From Candidatus Poribacteria bacterium (GTDB lineage Bacteria; Poribacteria; WGA-4E; PCPOR2b): a stretch of 64,000 nt of DNA. The translations under genes and the position numbers were made by a program. The notes under the pieces are model-generated. The model made no database searches. It worked only from the letters and a program-made list of their open reading frames with translations, and was not told where the DNA came from. The first letter of the stretch is position 1. Every line of letters begins with the position of its first letter. Location: NCBI GenBank assembly GCA_965215015.1, contig OZ244042.1, positions 5,120,001 through 5,184,000 of the forward strand, in the 5' to 3' direction. This document shows, in pieces, positions 35,769 to 44,872 of the stretch.

Positions 35769-38700
35769 ATGGATATGAACTCGAATCCTTCGCTAGAGTT
35801 TTCACCGGGGCAGATTGTCTGCTTGAAATCAGACCCATCTGTTCGGGGAGCAGTCGTTGATGTATTACCGGGCAACCCTGAAAAGCGGGTTAACGTTTTT
35901 ATTAATGATAACATTCAGCGGTTTTATGCATCTCAGTTGCAGTTAGAGCAACAACCTAGAGAAGATTTACAGCATCTTTCTCGCGATGAGTTTCACGCCT
36001 ACCTGACCGCGCTTCAAATCCTCCACCCCGGACTATCAACTTTTTACTCGCTTAACACCGCGGGCATTGATTTTATCCCGTATCAGTACCGTCCTGTACT
36101 GAAATTCATCAGATCCGACCGACCGAGGCTACTCATCGCTGATAGCGTTGGTGTCGGAAAAACGATTGAGGCAGGACTGATTCTCCGAGAGTTGCAGGCG
36201 CGCCACGCTATCAAATCCGTCCTCATTATATGCCCCCGCCCCTTGGTCACTGAGGAAAAGTGGCTACGAGAGATGAAACGGTTTGACGAAGACTTCCAGC
36301 ATCTGGATGGGAAACGCTTGCGGTATTGCATTAATGAAATGTATCGAGATGGCGAATGGCCTGAACAATACCAGAAGATTATTCTCGCCTATTCATTGTT
36401 AGATAGGGTGCTCCTTTATGGGCCAGAAGGCCAACGAAGGCGAAAGCGCGGACACGGACTTTTAGATTTGGATCCGCCCCCACGCTTTGATCTGGTGATT
36501 GTAGATGAGGCTCACCACATCCGAAACCAAGATACTGCTAATTACGAGGCGGTACGATTTTTCTGTGACCATGCAGAAGCGGCAGTCTTCCTGACCGCAA
36601 CTCCTATTCAGCTTGACAGTCGAGACCTGTTCGTTCTGCTCAACGTTCTCCGCCCAGACCTCATTCTGGATGAAGAGAGTTTCGAGCACATGGCAGAGCC
36701 GAATCCATTTATCAACCAAGCGGTTGATGCTGCGCGCTCGCAGGAGAAAGGTTGGACACGGCACATACGAGAAGCCTTTGATCGGGCAGCCACTACCGGC
36801 TGGGGAAAATCCATACTCAAAGAAAATCCGGAATTCAAGCGAATCCAAAATCAAATCGCAGAGGAATCTGTTACCAAGGAAAAACGGATCCAACTCATCA
36901 CAGATATTGAAGCACTATATACGTTTTCAGGGATACTCAATAGGACCCGCCGCCGGGATATCGGCGAGTTTACAATTCGCAAGCCGCAAACCGTAGAGGT
37001 TGAATTGACAACCGACCAAGCAGAACTTCATGAGACATTACTGGAAATACAAACGGAGATATTCCGCAAACTGCACGGCGATCAGAATGTCAAATTCATG
37101 ATGACGACGCTCCGCCGACAGCTGGCAAGTTGTCTATATGGACTTGAACCACTGCTTGAAGAAATTCTTAGCCGCCACCTTGATGAACTCGCTTGGGCGG
37201 AAGCGGATGTTACGGAATTAATATCCCTCGAAGGCACTGTAACACGAATTGAGGCCCAGGTTCAAGCGATTCTTGAAAAAGCGAAATCTATTAATTCGCA
37301 CGATTTGAAACTGGAGGCCCTCCGCAAGATTATTCAAGAAAGACAACTCCTACATAACAATAAAATTATGCTGTTCAGCAGTTTTCGCCATACGCTTGCC
37401 TATCTTTACAAACACCTAAAAGCGGATGGTGTTCGCGTCGGCATGATTCATGGCGGCGTTGCAGAGGAAGAACGCCTTGAGCTCCGCGATCGATTTGAAA
37501 AACCGAGAATAGAGCAGGATAGCCTTGACCTGATGCTATTTTCGGAGGTGGGGAGTGAAGGGTTGGATTATCAATTCTGTGATTGTATTGTCAATTATGA
37601 CCTGCCGTGGAATCCGATGCGAGTTGAGCAGCGGATAGGCCGTATTGACCGGAATGGTCAACACAGCGAGAGCGTTACTATTATCAACCTAATTACACCG
37701 GGCACCGTTGATGCCGAAATCTATGGGCGGTGTCTACTCCGCCTCGGTGTCTTTGAGGGTGCCCTCGGCGGTAGTGAGAAAATCCTCGGCGAAATCACAA
37801 AAGAGATTTACAATATTGCTGAAAATTTTACTTTGACCGATGCTGAGCGCAGTGAAAAATTTCAGCAGTTGGAGGACAACCAAATCCGGTTGATACAAGA
37901 ACAAGAACGATTGGAAGAAAGCGAATTGGAACTTTTTGGGCTACGCTTGCCTAAAGATCAGATGAAGCAGGATATTGATGACGCCTCCAGCTTCTGGTTA
38001 ACGCCGGCCTCAATCCAGCGGCTCGTTACGCTCTATCTGCGGCAGCAACTTGAGACAGATCAGGAATTTATCCTCGGTGAAAGGCCCCTCAAAACCCTCC
38101 GGCTTTCAGGGGAAGCGCGAAGCATCTTACTACAAGATTTTCAGCAACTCTCCAGAGAACGGAGCCCTATCTATCGGGAGTGGGAGAATTGGTTGAAGGG
38201 CACGGATCAACATTTGGCTATAACCTTTGAGGCAGATTGCAAGTTACACCAGCCCGAAGTGACACTTATCAATCTGGTGCACCCTTTGGTCAAGCAAGCA
38301 GCAAAGATACTGAATATAAAATCAGATGTCGTCACAGTGCTGAAGGTACACACCCAAGAAGTGCCTGCGGGACGTTACAAATTCGCAATGTACCAGTGGC
38401 ATTTTCACGGTATCAAAGAAGATTTGGAGCTCAGGTCAATTACCTTAGATGAGAAGTTGACACCACATCTCGACCGCCTTCTTGAGAAAGCAGTGGACCA
38501 CGAAGATTGGGAAACTAGCGAACCTTTCGCTTGGGACGAGGTGGATAAGCGACACTATCAACTGTGGACCGAAACTCTTGAAAAACATCAGCAAAATACC
38601 CGTGAATTGGCTGAGTACCGTAGAGAGAGCCTATCAACAAGTCATCAGGCACGGATAAATCTTCTTAAGTGCCAACTTGCACAGGTGGGCGATCCAAACA

Positions 38701-38843
38701 TCCAGCGGATGAGGAAATCCCAGATTGCCAGTGCCGAAGCTGACTACAATCGACGTATTCAGGAGTTGGACGCAGCAATGGCAAAAGCAGATATTACGAC
38801 AGAACTGGTGGCGTATGGAATTATGGAGGTATCAATAATATGA
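35769..38843 (+). CDS. SNF2-family helicase/translocase
   Basis: LIADSVGVGKT (I), IVDEAHH (II), LTATP (III), SEGLDYQ (V), NPMRVEQRIGRIDRNGQ (VI) and a coiled-coil C-terminus. Confidence 0.93.
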   Translation: MDMNSNPSLEFSPGQIVCLKSDPSVRGAVVDVLPGNPEKRVNVFINDNIQRFYASQLQLEQQPREDLQHLSRDEFHAYLTALQILHPGLSTFYSLNTAGIDFIPYQYRPVLKFIRSDRPRLLIADSVGVGKTIEAGLILRELQARHAIKSVLIICPRPLVTEEKWLREMKRFDEDFQHLDGKRLRYCINEMYRDGEWPEQYQKIILAYSLLDRVLLYGPEGQRRRKRGHGLLDLDPPPRFDLVIVDEAHHIRNQDTANYEAVRFFCDHAEAAVFLTATPIQLDSRDLFVLLNVLRPDLILDEESFEHMAEPNPFINQAVDAARSQEKGWTRHIREAFDRAATTGWGKSILKENPEFKRIQNQIAEESVTKEKRIQLITDIEALYTFSGILNRTRRRDIGEFTIRKPQTVEVELTTDQAELHETLLEIQTEIFRKLHGDQNVKFMMTTLRRQLASCLYGLEPLLEEILSRHLDELAWAEADVTELISLEGTVTRIEAQVQAILEKAKSINSHDLKLEALRKIIQERQLLHNNKIMLFSSFRHTLAYLYKHLKADGVRVGMIHGGVAEEERLELRDRFEKPRIEQDSLDLMLFSEVGSEGLDYQFCDCIVNYDLPWNPMRVEQRIGRIDRNGQHSESVTIINLITPGTVDAEIYGRCLLRLGVFEGALGGSEKILGEITKEIYNIAENFTLTDAERSEKFQQLEDNQIRLIQEQERLEESELELFGLRLPKDQMKQDIDDASSFWLTPASIQRLVTLYLRQQLETDQEFILGERPLKTLRLSGEARSILLQDFQQLSRERSPIYREWENWLKGTDQHLAITFEADCKLHQPEVTLINLVHPLVKQAAKILNIKSDVVTVLKVHTQEVPAGRYKFAMYQWHFHGIKEDLELRSITLDEKLTPHLDRLLEKAVDHEDWETSEPFAWDEVDKRHYQLWTETLEKHQQNTRELAEYRRESLSTSHQARINLLKCQLAQVGDPNIQRMRKSQIASAEADYNRRIQELDAAMAKADITTELVAYGIMEVSII

Positions 38844-41800
38844 AGTGTTTAATAAAAAATCGGACATTGACCAATGACCTGCATGAACTACGCAAAAAGC
38901 GTGAAGAGTGGGTTGAATCAAGCCACGAAAACGGTTTTACAGAGGGCATTAAGCACTTGCTCACGGATTTGTACCCAGACAATGCACACTTCATCTATGA
39001 ACTCCTTCAGAATGCAGAGGATGCAGGAGCCTCAGAAGTCCGGTTCGTGCTTACCGATAGTAGTGTCACATTTGAACATAACGGAAATCGTCTGTTTTCT
39101 GCAAAAGATGTAGATTCAATAACAAGTCTTGGTTCTAGCACCAAGAGAGACGACCCTACCAACATTGGCAAGTTTGGGATTGGCTTTAAAGCGGTATTCG
39201 CCTACACGACTACGCCAGAGATCGAATCCGGCGAATACCACTTTCGCATTCGAGACATGGTTGTGCCTGATACAGAGGAGCTAGATTCCGGGGCACTCGG
39301 TGAAAGGAAAACTCGTTTTATCTTTCCTTTCAATCACCCTAAAAAGCCTTCAGACAAAGCACGGACTGAGATAGAAAAAAATCTCCGGCAGTTAAACGAG
39401 AACACATTGCTGTTTCTCAGCAACATCCGCAAGATAGAATACGATTTACCTGACGATTCAGGCCGGGGATATTTGGAAAGGAGAGAAAATGAGCAAGATA
39501 GAAATCAAATTGAAATTTCCGCCAAGCGTCCAAGCGACCTAATATCTAATTCGACGCATTATCTCCGATTTGAGAAGGTTGTTTCCATTAGAGATGAGGA
39601 AGATGATAAACTCAAGGATTGTAGAATTGCAATTGCTTTTGGAATGGAGCATCCGGACGGCCGAGGTTGGAAAATTACGTCATTAAATTCAGGTCAGGTC
39701 TGCATCTATTTTCCTGCTATAAAGGAGACATCCAATCTTCGATTCCACCTACACGCGCCTTTTGCCTCAACTGTTGCACGGGACAGTATACGTGAATGCC
39801 CTAGTAACACCGAGCTTCTAAATCATCTCGCAAATTTGATTGCCGAATCAATGAGTGCTATTCGCGACCAGGGCCTATTGGATGTAGAGTTTCTTGCGGT
39901 TCTCCCCAATTATTGGGACTCTTTACCTGCCGCCTACCTCCCCATCCAGGAACGGTTAATTAAGGCATTTAAATATAAAAAACTAATACCTATGAAACAA
40001 GGCGGACATGCCGCTGCGTCGGGGATCTACCGCGAAGAATCACAATTATCTAGCTTGATTCAGGATGAAGATTTGGCCACGCTCCTCGGAAAAGACACAG
40101 CTCTGCCGCTATGGGTTGCCGAACCGCAAACATCGCAGAAGCGAGATGAAAGAGGGCAATTTACCCAAGACACCAATTCTCAACGACAAAACCAGAGAAT
40201 CGATGTTTTCCTAACCAGGTTGTGTATTTCTAAATGGACAATTGGGAACTTTATAGAAGTGCTAAAGGCCCCGGGCGATATAGCAACTGCATGGCTAAAG
40301 GAAAAATCGGACGCTTGGCATCAACGATTGTATGCATTACTGGGCGACTTTCTATCACGCTCCTCCTCATATTCTGACTCTGCACGCACCCTTTGCACCC
40401 TTAGCATTGTTCGCTGTAAGGATGGCAACTATAGGCCCGGAAGTAATTGCCACTTCTCCAGCGATGACGTAGAATCTGATGTCGGCACAGGGATTGAGAA
40501 GGAGAACCAATCTTTGATTCAAGAAGATGATGAGCGTGGGGGAAATTTCCATTACGTTGCCAAAGGCGTTTATTCAGCCGGGGAAAAGAAGGATCAGCAG
40601 GAAAAAGCCCGTAAGTTTCTTAAAACTATTGGAGTGCGTGAAGTTGACGAGGCAGAACAGGTTAAAATAATTTTGAAACAGCGATACGTGCCAGGTACAA
40701 TTGAACAACTTCCCAAGCCACATCACAAGCGAGATCTGGAGAGGTTCATTGCACTTGTAGAAAAGGAACCTGATAAGGCAGCTTTGTTCAAAGACTACTT
40801 AATCTTTGAACTAGATAACGGAGATTGGAGGCAACCCAATCATGCTTTCGTAGATTCTCCTTATCTTGATACTAGTTTGACAGTGTATTATGAAACTATT
40901 AGCAAATACACTGATGATTTCAGACGAGCCCTCTCCCCTGATTATAGTTATAGAAAATCTGGGATTTCCTCAGAAGGGCTCGGAAAATTTGCAGAGGCGG
41001 TAGGAGCTCAGACAAAACTGGAGGTTAAAAAGACAACGGTTCCCTGCTCTCATCCTGAAGGTCTCAAGACACTTGAAGGCAAGGAAGGGAATCACACAAG
41101 AATCGATCGGGACTACACTATCCCGCTATTCAAGCAATTCCTTAATCAACCCTCAATTAATAAAGCGAGGTTGATTTGGCGCACGATGAATTCCATGAAT
41201 AAAGAGTGCCTGGAAGCGTGTTTTCGTGGAAATTATCTATATCGATCCCGTGTTGGTGCGTCTAGTCTTGTGCATGATTTAAGGGGCGCAAAATGGGTGC
41301 CGCAGCAGAAAGATGGCACCTCTATCTCTTTTGTGTGTCCATGTGACGCATTACAGGAGTATCTTCCAGAAGGTTTCGCATGGCCTAAGGGCCCTCCACA
41401 CGACATGGGTGAAGAGTGGCTTAATGCGATTGAATTTGGTAAGATTGACAGAAAACAGAAAGCGGAATACCTCCAGCAGAATCAACGTGCTCGGGAAATG
41501 GGATTCAATTCGAGTGATGAAGCCGAGAAAATGGTGGAATTTTTGAACACTTTGAAGGCACGGGGGCAATCACCCGAGGAAGTGCTTGACGAAATTAGTA
41601 CCGAAAAACGGCGTGCGGAAGGGCTTATCATAGAACTCAGCAATGCTGAAGAAAAACAATACGAAATTCGAGCCAGAAACACTAGAGTCACTCTTAGTAC
41701 AATTGACCCTCGCACTTTCCTTCGGGAGCAATATACGAAATTCAACAATATGAAATGCCAAATGTGTAGACAGGAAATGCCGTTTAAGAAGCGCAATAGC

Positions 41801-42115
41801 GATGACGATTACTTTGAGGCAGTAGAGGCTCTCAGAAAAGATTACTTTCCCAAAGAACATGAGGCTCAACATCTAGCATTATGTCCAGAGTGTGCAGCAA
41901 AATATAAGGAATATGTGAAGAAGGACAGAACAGCGCGAAAAGACTTATATAACATTCTGAAAGATTCAGATAATCCCGATGTTCGCTTAGAATTGAACGA
42001 CTGTGTAATACACATTTGGTTTGACGAGAAGCACTGGAATGATCTGAAAACGATCTTATGCTATTACGAATGCTATTACGAAAATAGATATAAGGCCGAA
42101 GATTCCACCAATTAA
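38840..42115 (+). CDS. Sacsin-like GHKL ATPase with C-terminal Zn-binding HNH-like domain
   Basis: LYPDNAHFIYELLQNAEDA, EHNG, IGKFGIGFKAVF and LLFLSNI; C-terminal CQMC...FEAVE...HLALCPECAAKY; ATAA overlap with the SNF2 stop is given by the ORF track as 38840-38843. Confidence 0.85.
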   Translation: MKCLIKNRTLTNDLHELRKKREEWVESSHENGFTEGIKHLLTDLYPDNAHFIYELLQNAEDAGASEVRFVLTDSSVTFEHNGNRLFSAKDVDSITSLGSSTKRDDPTNIGKFGIGFKAVFAYTTTPEIESGEYHFRIRDMVVPDTEELDSGALGERKTRFIFPFNHPKKPSDKARTEIEKNLRQLNENTLLFLSNIRKIEYDLPDDSGRGYLERRENEQDRNQIEISAKRPSDLISNSTHYLRFEKVVSIRDEEDDKLKDCRIAIAFGMEHPDGRGWKITSLNSGQVCIYFPAIKETSNLRFHLHAPFASTVARDSIRECPSNTELLNHLANLIAESMSAIRDQGLLDVEFLAVLPNYWDSLPAAYLPIQERLIKAFKYKKLIPMKQGGHAAASGIYREESQLSSLIQDEDLATLLGKDTALPLWVAEPQTSQKRDERGQFTQDTNSQRQNQRIDVFLTRLCISKWTIGNFIEVLKAPGDIATAWLKEKSDAWHQRLYALLGDFLSRSSSYSDSARTLCTLSIVRCKDGNYRPGSNCHFSSDDVESDVGTGIEKENQSLIQEDDERGGNFHYVAKGVYSAGEKKDQQEKARKFLKTIGVREVDEAEQVKIILKQRYVPGTIEQLPKPHHKRDLERFIALVEKEPDKAALFKDYLIFELDNGDWRQPNHAFVDSPYLDTSLTVYYETISKYTDDFRRALSPDYSYRKSGISSEGLGKFAEAVGAQTKLEVKKTTVPCSHPEGLKTLEGKEGNHTRIDRDYTIPLFKQFLNQPSINKARLIWRTMNSMNKECLEACFRGNYLYRSRVGASSLVHDLRGAKWVPQQKDGTSISFVCPCDALQEYLPEGFAWPKGPPHDMGEEWLNAIEFGKIDRKQKAEYLQQNQRAREMGFNSSDEAEKMVEFLNTLKARGQSPEEVLDEISTEKRRAEGLIIELSNAEEKQYEIRARNTRVTLSTIDPRTFLREQYTKFNNMKCQMCRQEMPFKKRNSDDDYFEAVEALRKDYFPKEHEAQHLALCPECAAKYKEYVKKDRTARKDLYNILKDSDNPDVRLELNDCVIHIWFDEKHWNDLKTILCYYECYYENRYKAEDSTN

Positions 42116-42237
42116 GTGAGGGGTATTCATAATAAGAGGGATACCATCAGCCAACATTCGCTTAGGTGCCATGGAAGCATTTCTTTGTTGTCCTCCCCCC
42201 CTTGTGGGAGTTTAGAAGGGGCTATGATGTACCTTAC

Positions 42238-42331
42238 TGTAGTTGCCCGATTTATCGGGGGGCGGCAACCGTTTCCAATGGCGATAAATCACCGAACTAC
42301 AAGGACCGACCGTTCAACTGCGTAACTCCTA
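42238..42331. repeat. REP doublet plus MITE-type end
   Basis: TGTAGTTGCCCGATTTATCGGG...GGCGATAAATCACCGAACTACA, then ACCGTTCAACTGCGTAACTCCTA (as at 16397-16419). Confidence 0.7.
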
Positions 42332-42339
42332 ACCCCTAT

Positions 42340-43774
42340 CTATTTCCTGCTTTAGGTGTCAATTTGATTCATATAATCCTGTTAATCCTTAAATCCTGAG
42401 TATCCTGATTCAGACAATTATTTCTCCACAACCCTCACAATAACTAAAAAAACATAAAAAAACTATGACACAAGATTGGAAAGCAATGATGCCCCGCGTA
42501 GAACAACTGCTCGACAAAGTAGAAGACCTTCTGACAGCCAGCACCGCTGCGACAGAAAATCCTTCCGAACCCCTCCGGCTTGCGGGGGGGGAGAGAGCGG
42601 GTATATCGCCTTTCGGTAGCGGAGTCAACTTTAATTCCCGTCAAACACCCTGACCTTGTCGACCTTGCAGATCTGATGTGTCGAGATGTAATCTCGATCT
42701 ACTTACTATTTCCTGCTTTAGGTGTCAATTTGATTCATATAATCCTGTTAATCCCTCAATCCTGAGTATCCTGATTCAGACAATTATTCTCCACAACCCT
42801 CACAATGACTGGAAAAACATAAAAAAACTATGACGCAAGATTGGAAAGCAATGATGCCCCGCGTAGAACAACTGCTCGACAAAGTAGAAGACCTTCTGAT
42901 AGCCAGCACCGCTGCGACAGAAAATCCTTCCGAACCCCTCCGGCTCGCGGGGGGGGAGAGAGCGGGTATATCGCCTTTCGGTAGCGGAGTCAACTTTAAT
43001 TCCCGTCAAACACCCTGACCTTGTCGACCTTGCAGATCTGATGTGTCGAGATGTAATCTCGATCTACTTACTATTTCCTGCTTTAAGTGTCAATTTGATT
43101 CATATAATCCTGTTAATCCTTCAATCCTGAGTATCCTGATTCTGACAATTATTCTCCACAACCCTCACAATGACTGGAAAAACATAAAAAAACTATGACA
43201 CAAGATTGGAAAGCAATGATTCCCGCGTAGAACAACTGCTCGACAAAGTAGAAGACCTTCTGACAGCCAGCACCGCTGCGACAGAAAATCCTTCCGAACC
43301 CCTCCGGCTCGCGGGGGGGGAGAGAGCGGGTATATCGCCTTTTGGTGGCGGAATCAACGTTTAATTCCCGTCAAACACCCTGACCTTGTCGACCTTGCAG
43401 ATCTGATGTGTCGAGATGTAATCTCGATCTACTTACTATTTCCTGCTTTAGGTGTCAATTTGATTCATATAATCCTGTTAATCCTTCAATCCTGAGTATC
43501 CTGATTCTGACAATTATTCTCCACACCCCTCACAATGACTGGAAAAACATAAAAAAACTATGACACAAGATTGGAAAGCAATGATTCCCCGCGTAGAACA
43601 ACTGCTCGACAAAGTAGAAGACCTTCTGATAGCCAGCACCGCTGCGACAGAAAATCCTTCCGAACCCCTCCGGCTTGCGGGGGGGAGAGAGAGCGGGTAT
43701 ATCGCCTTTCGGTGGCGGAGTCAACGTTTAATGCCCGTCAAACACCCTGACCTTGTCGACCTTGCAGATCTGAT
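42340..43774 (+). repeat. Four tandem 365-bp copies of the upstream region and 5' end of the DUF815 ATPase gene
   Basis: Unit starts at 42340, 42706, 43071 and 43436; ATGs at 42465, 42830, 43195 and 43560; identical 28-bp linker GTGTCGAGATGTAATCTCGATCTACTTA between copies. The first three copies are frameshifted or truncated. Confidence 0.95.
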
Positions 43775-44528
43775 TGGAGTGGATCGGCAGATTCAGGAAT
43801 TGGATCGGAACACACGCCAGTTTCTGCGCGGCTTGCCAGCGAACCATGCGCTATTGTGGGGCGATCGGGGGACGGGCAAATCGTCGCTGATCAAGGGGAT
43901 ACTCCAGCGGTATGCGTCGGAAGGGTTGCGGTTGGTCGAGGTGAGCAAGGAGGGGCTGCTCCATCTCCAAGAAATTGCAGATCTCCTGTGGGAACGTCCA
44001 GAATGGTATCTCCTCTTTTGTGACGACCTCTCCTTCAGCGAAGGGGAAGCGGAATACAGGGAGTTGAAAGCGATGCTGGAAGGCGGCATCGCCGCACGTC
44101 CTGAGAATGTCCTGATCTACGCGACATCCAACCGCCGCCACCTGATGCCGCGTCAAATCGAGGAAAACCAATATCCCCAGACTGATGAAGATGAGTTGTA
44201 TCCGCGAGAGACGACCGAAGAGAAGGTATCGCTCAGCGACCGGTTTGGGTTGCGACTCGCCTTCTATCGGTTCTCCCAAGACACCTACCTACAGATTGTA
44301 TCCCATTATGCCCGAAAGCAGGGGTTGTCCCTCTCAACGGCAGCACTCCATCGAAAAGCGTTGGAGTGGGAAGCATCATCGAGTGGCAGATCGGGACGGG
44401 TCGCGCGTCAATTCGTTGATGACATCGCAGGGCAGTTGGGATTGGAAGACTCTGGCGAATCTGTAGCAGCAGGGATGGGTGAGAGCAAGCAGGTGCCTCA
44501 TCAAACGCCCCGGAAAAGGAGGGAGTAA
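43560..44528 (+). CDS. DUF815-family AAA+ ATPase
   Basis: GLPANHALLWGDRGTGKSS, FCDDLSF, IYATSNRRHL, EEKVSLSDRFGL and RSGRVARQF. Confidence 0.93.
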   Translation: MTQDWKAMIPRVEQLLDKVEDLLIASTAATENPSEPLRLAGGRESGYIAFRWRSQRLMPVKHPDLVDLADLIGVDRQIQELDRNTRQFLRGLPANHALLWGDRGTGKSSLIKGILQRYASEGLRLVEVSKEGLLHLQEIADLLWERPEWYLLFCDDLSFSEGEAEYRELKAMLEGGIAARPENVLIYATSNRRHLMPRQIEENQYPQTDEDELYPRETTEEKVSLSDRFGLRLAFYRFSQDTYLQIVSHYARKQGLSLSTAALHRKALEWEASSSGRSGRVARQFVDDIAGQLGLEDSGESVAAGMGESKQVPHQTPRKRRE

Positions 44529-44872
44529 AGATATGACTTTTAAAAAAAGGGGCAAACAACTTTGAGTTTCATGATTTTCTCTTCTTGCAGAATAACTCTG
44601 CTATTTTTGATAGAAACCTTTTCAAAACAGAGGAACTTCTAGAGGTGCTTTGTTTTTCAAATTATGGGTGCGAGTTTAATGCAAGGTGAGTGTTAGCCAA
44701 ACCATATGCTGTAACGATTGTGTAGTTTATGGCAAGCGGAGTGTGCCTACTCCTTTATGAGCACCTCTCAGGTAAGTAGCGAACGTCCCTACAGTCTGTA
44801 GTGCATAAATCCCGAATTAGAATACATCCTATGACAAATCAGGTAAATAAGTGGCAATACCGATAGATTTAA

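Noticed and set aside
35769-42115. DISARM, Zorya or BREX assignment
   Set aside because: The required partner genes (drmABC and methylase, zorAB, pglX/pglZ) are not adjacent.
42678-43435. CRISPR array or integron attC cassettes from the 28-bp palindromic linker
   Set aside because: The intervening 337-bp segments are near-identical copies of one local sequence; there is no cas gene, integron integrase or attC R-box pattern.
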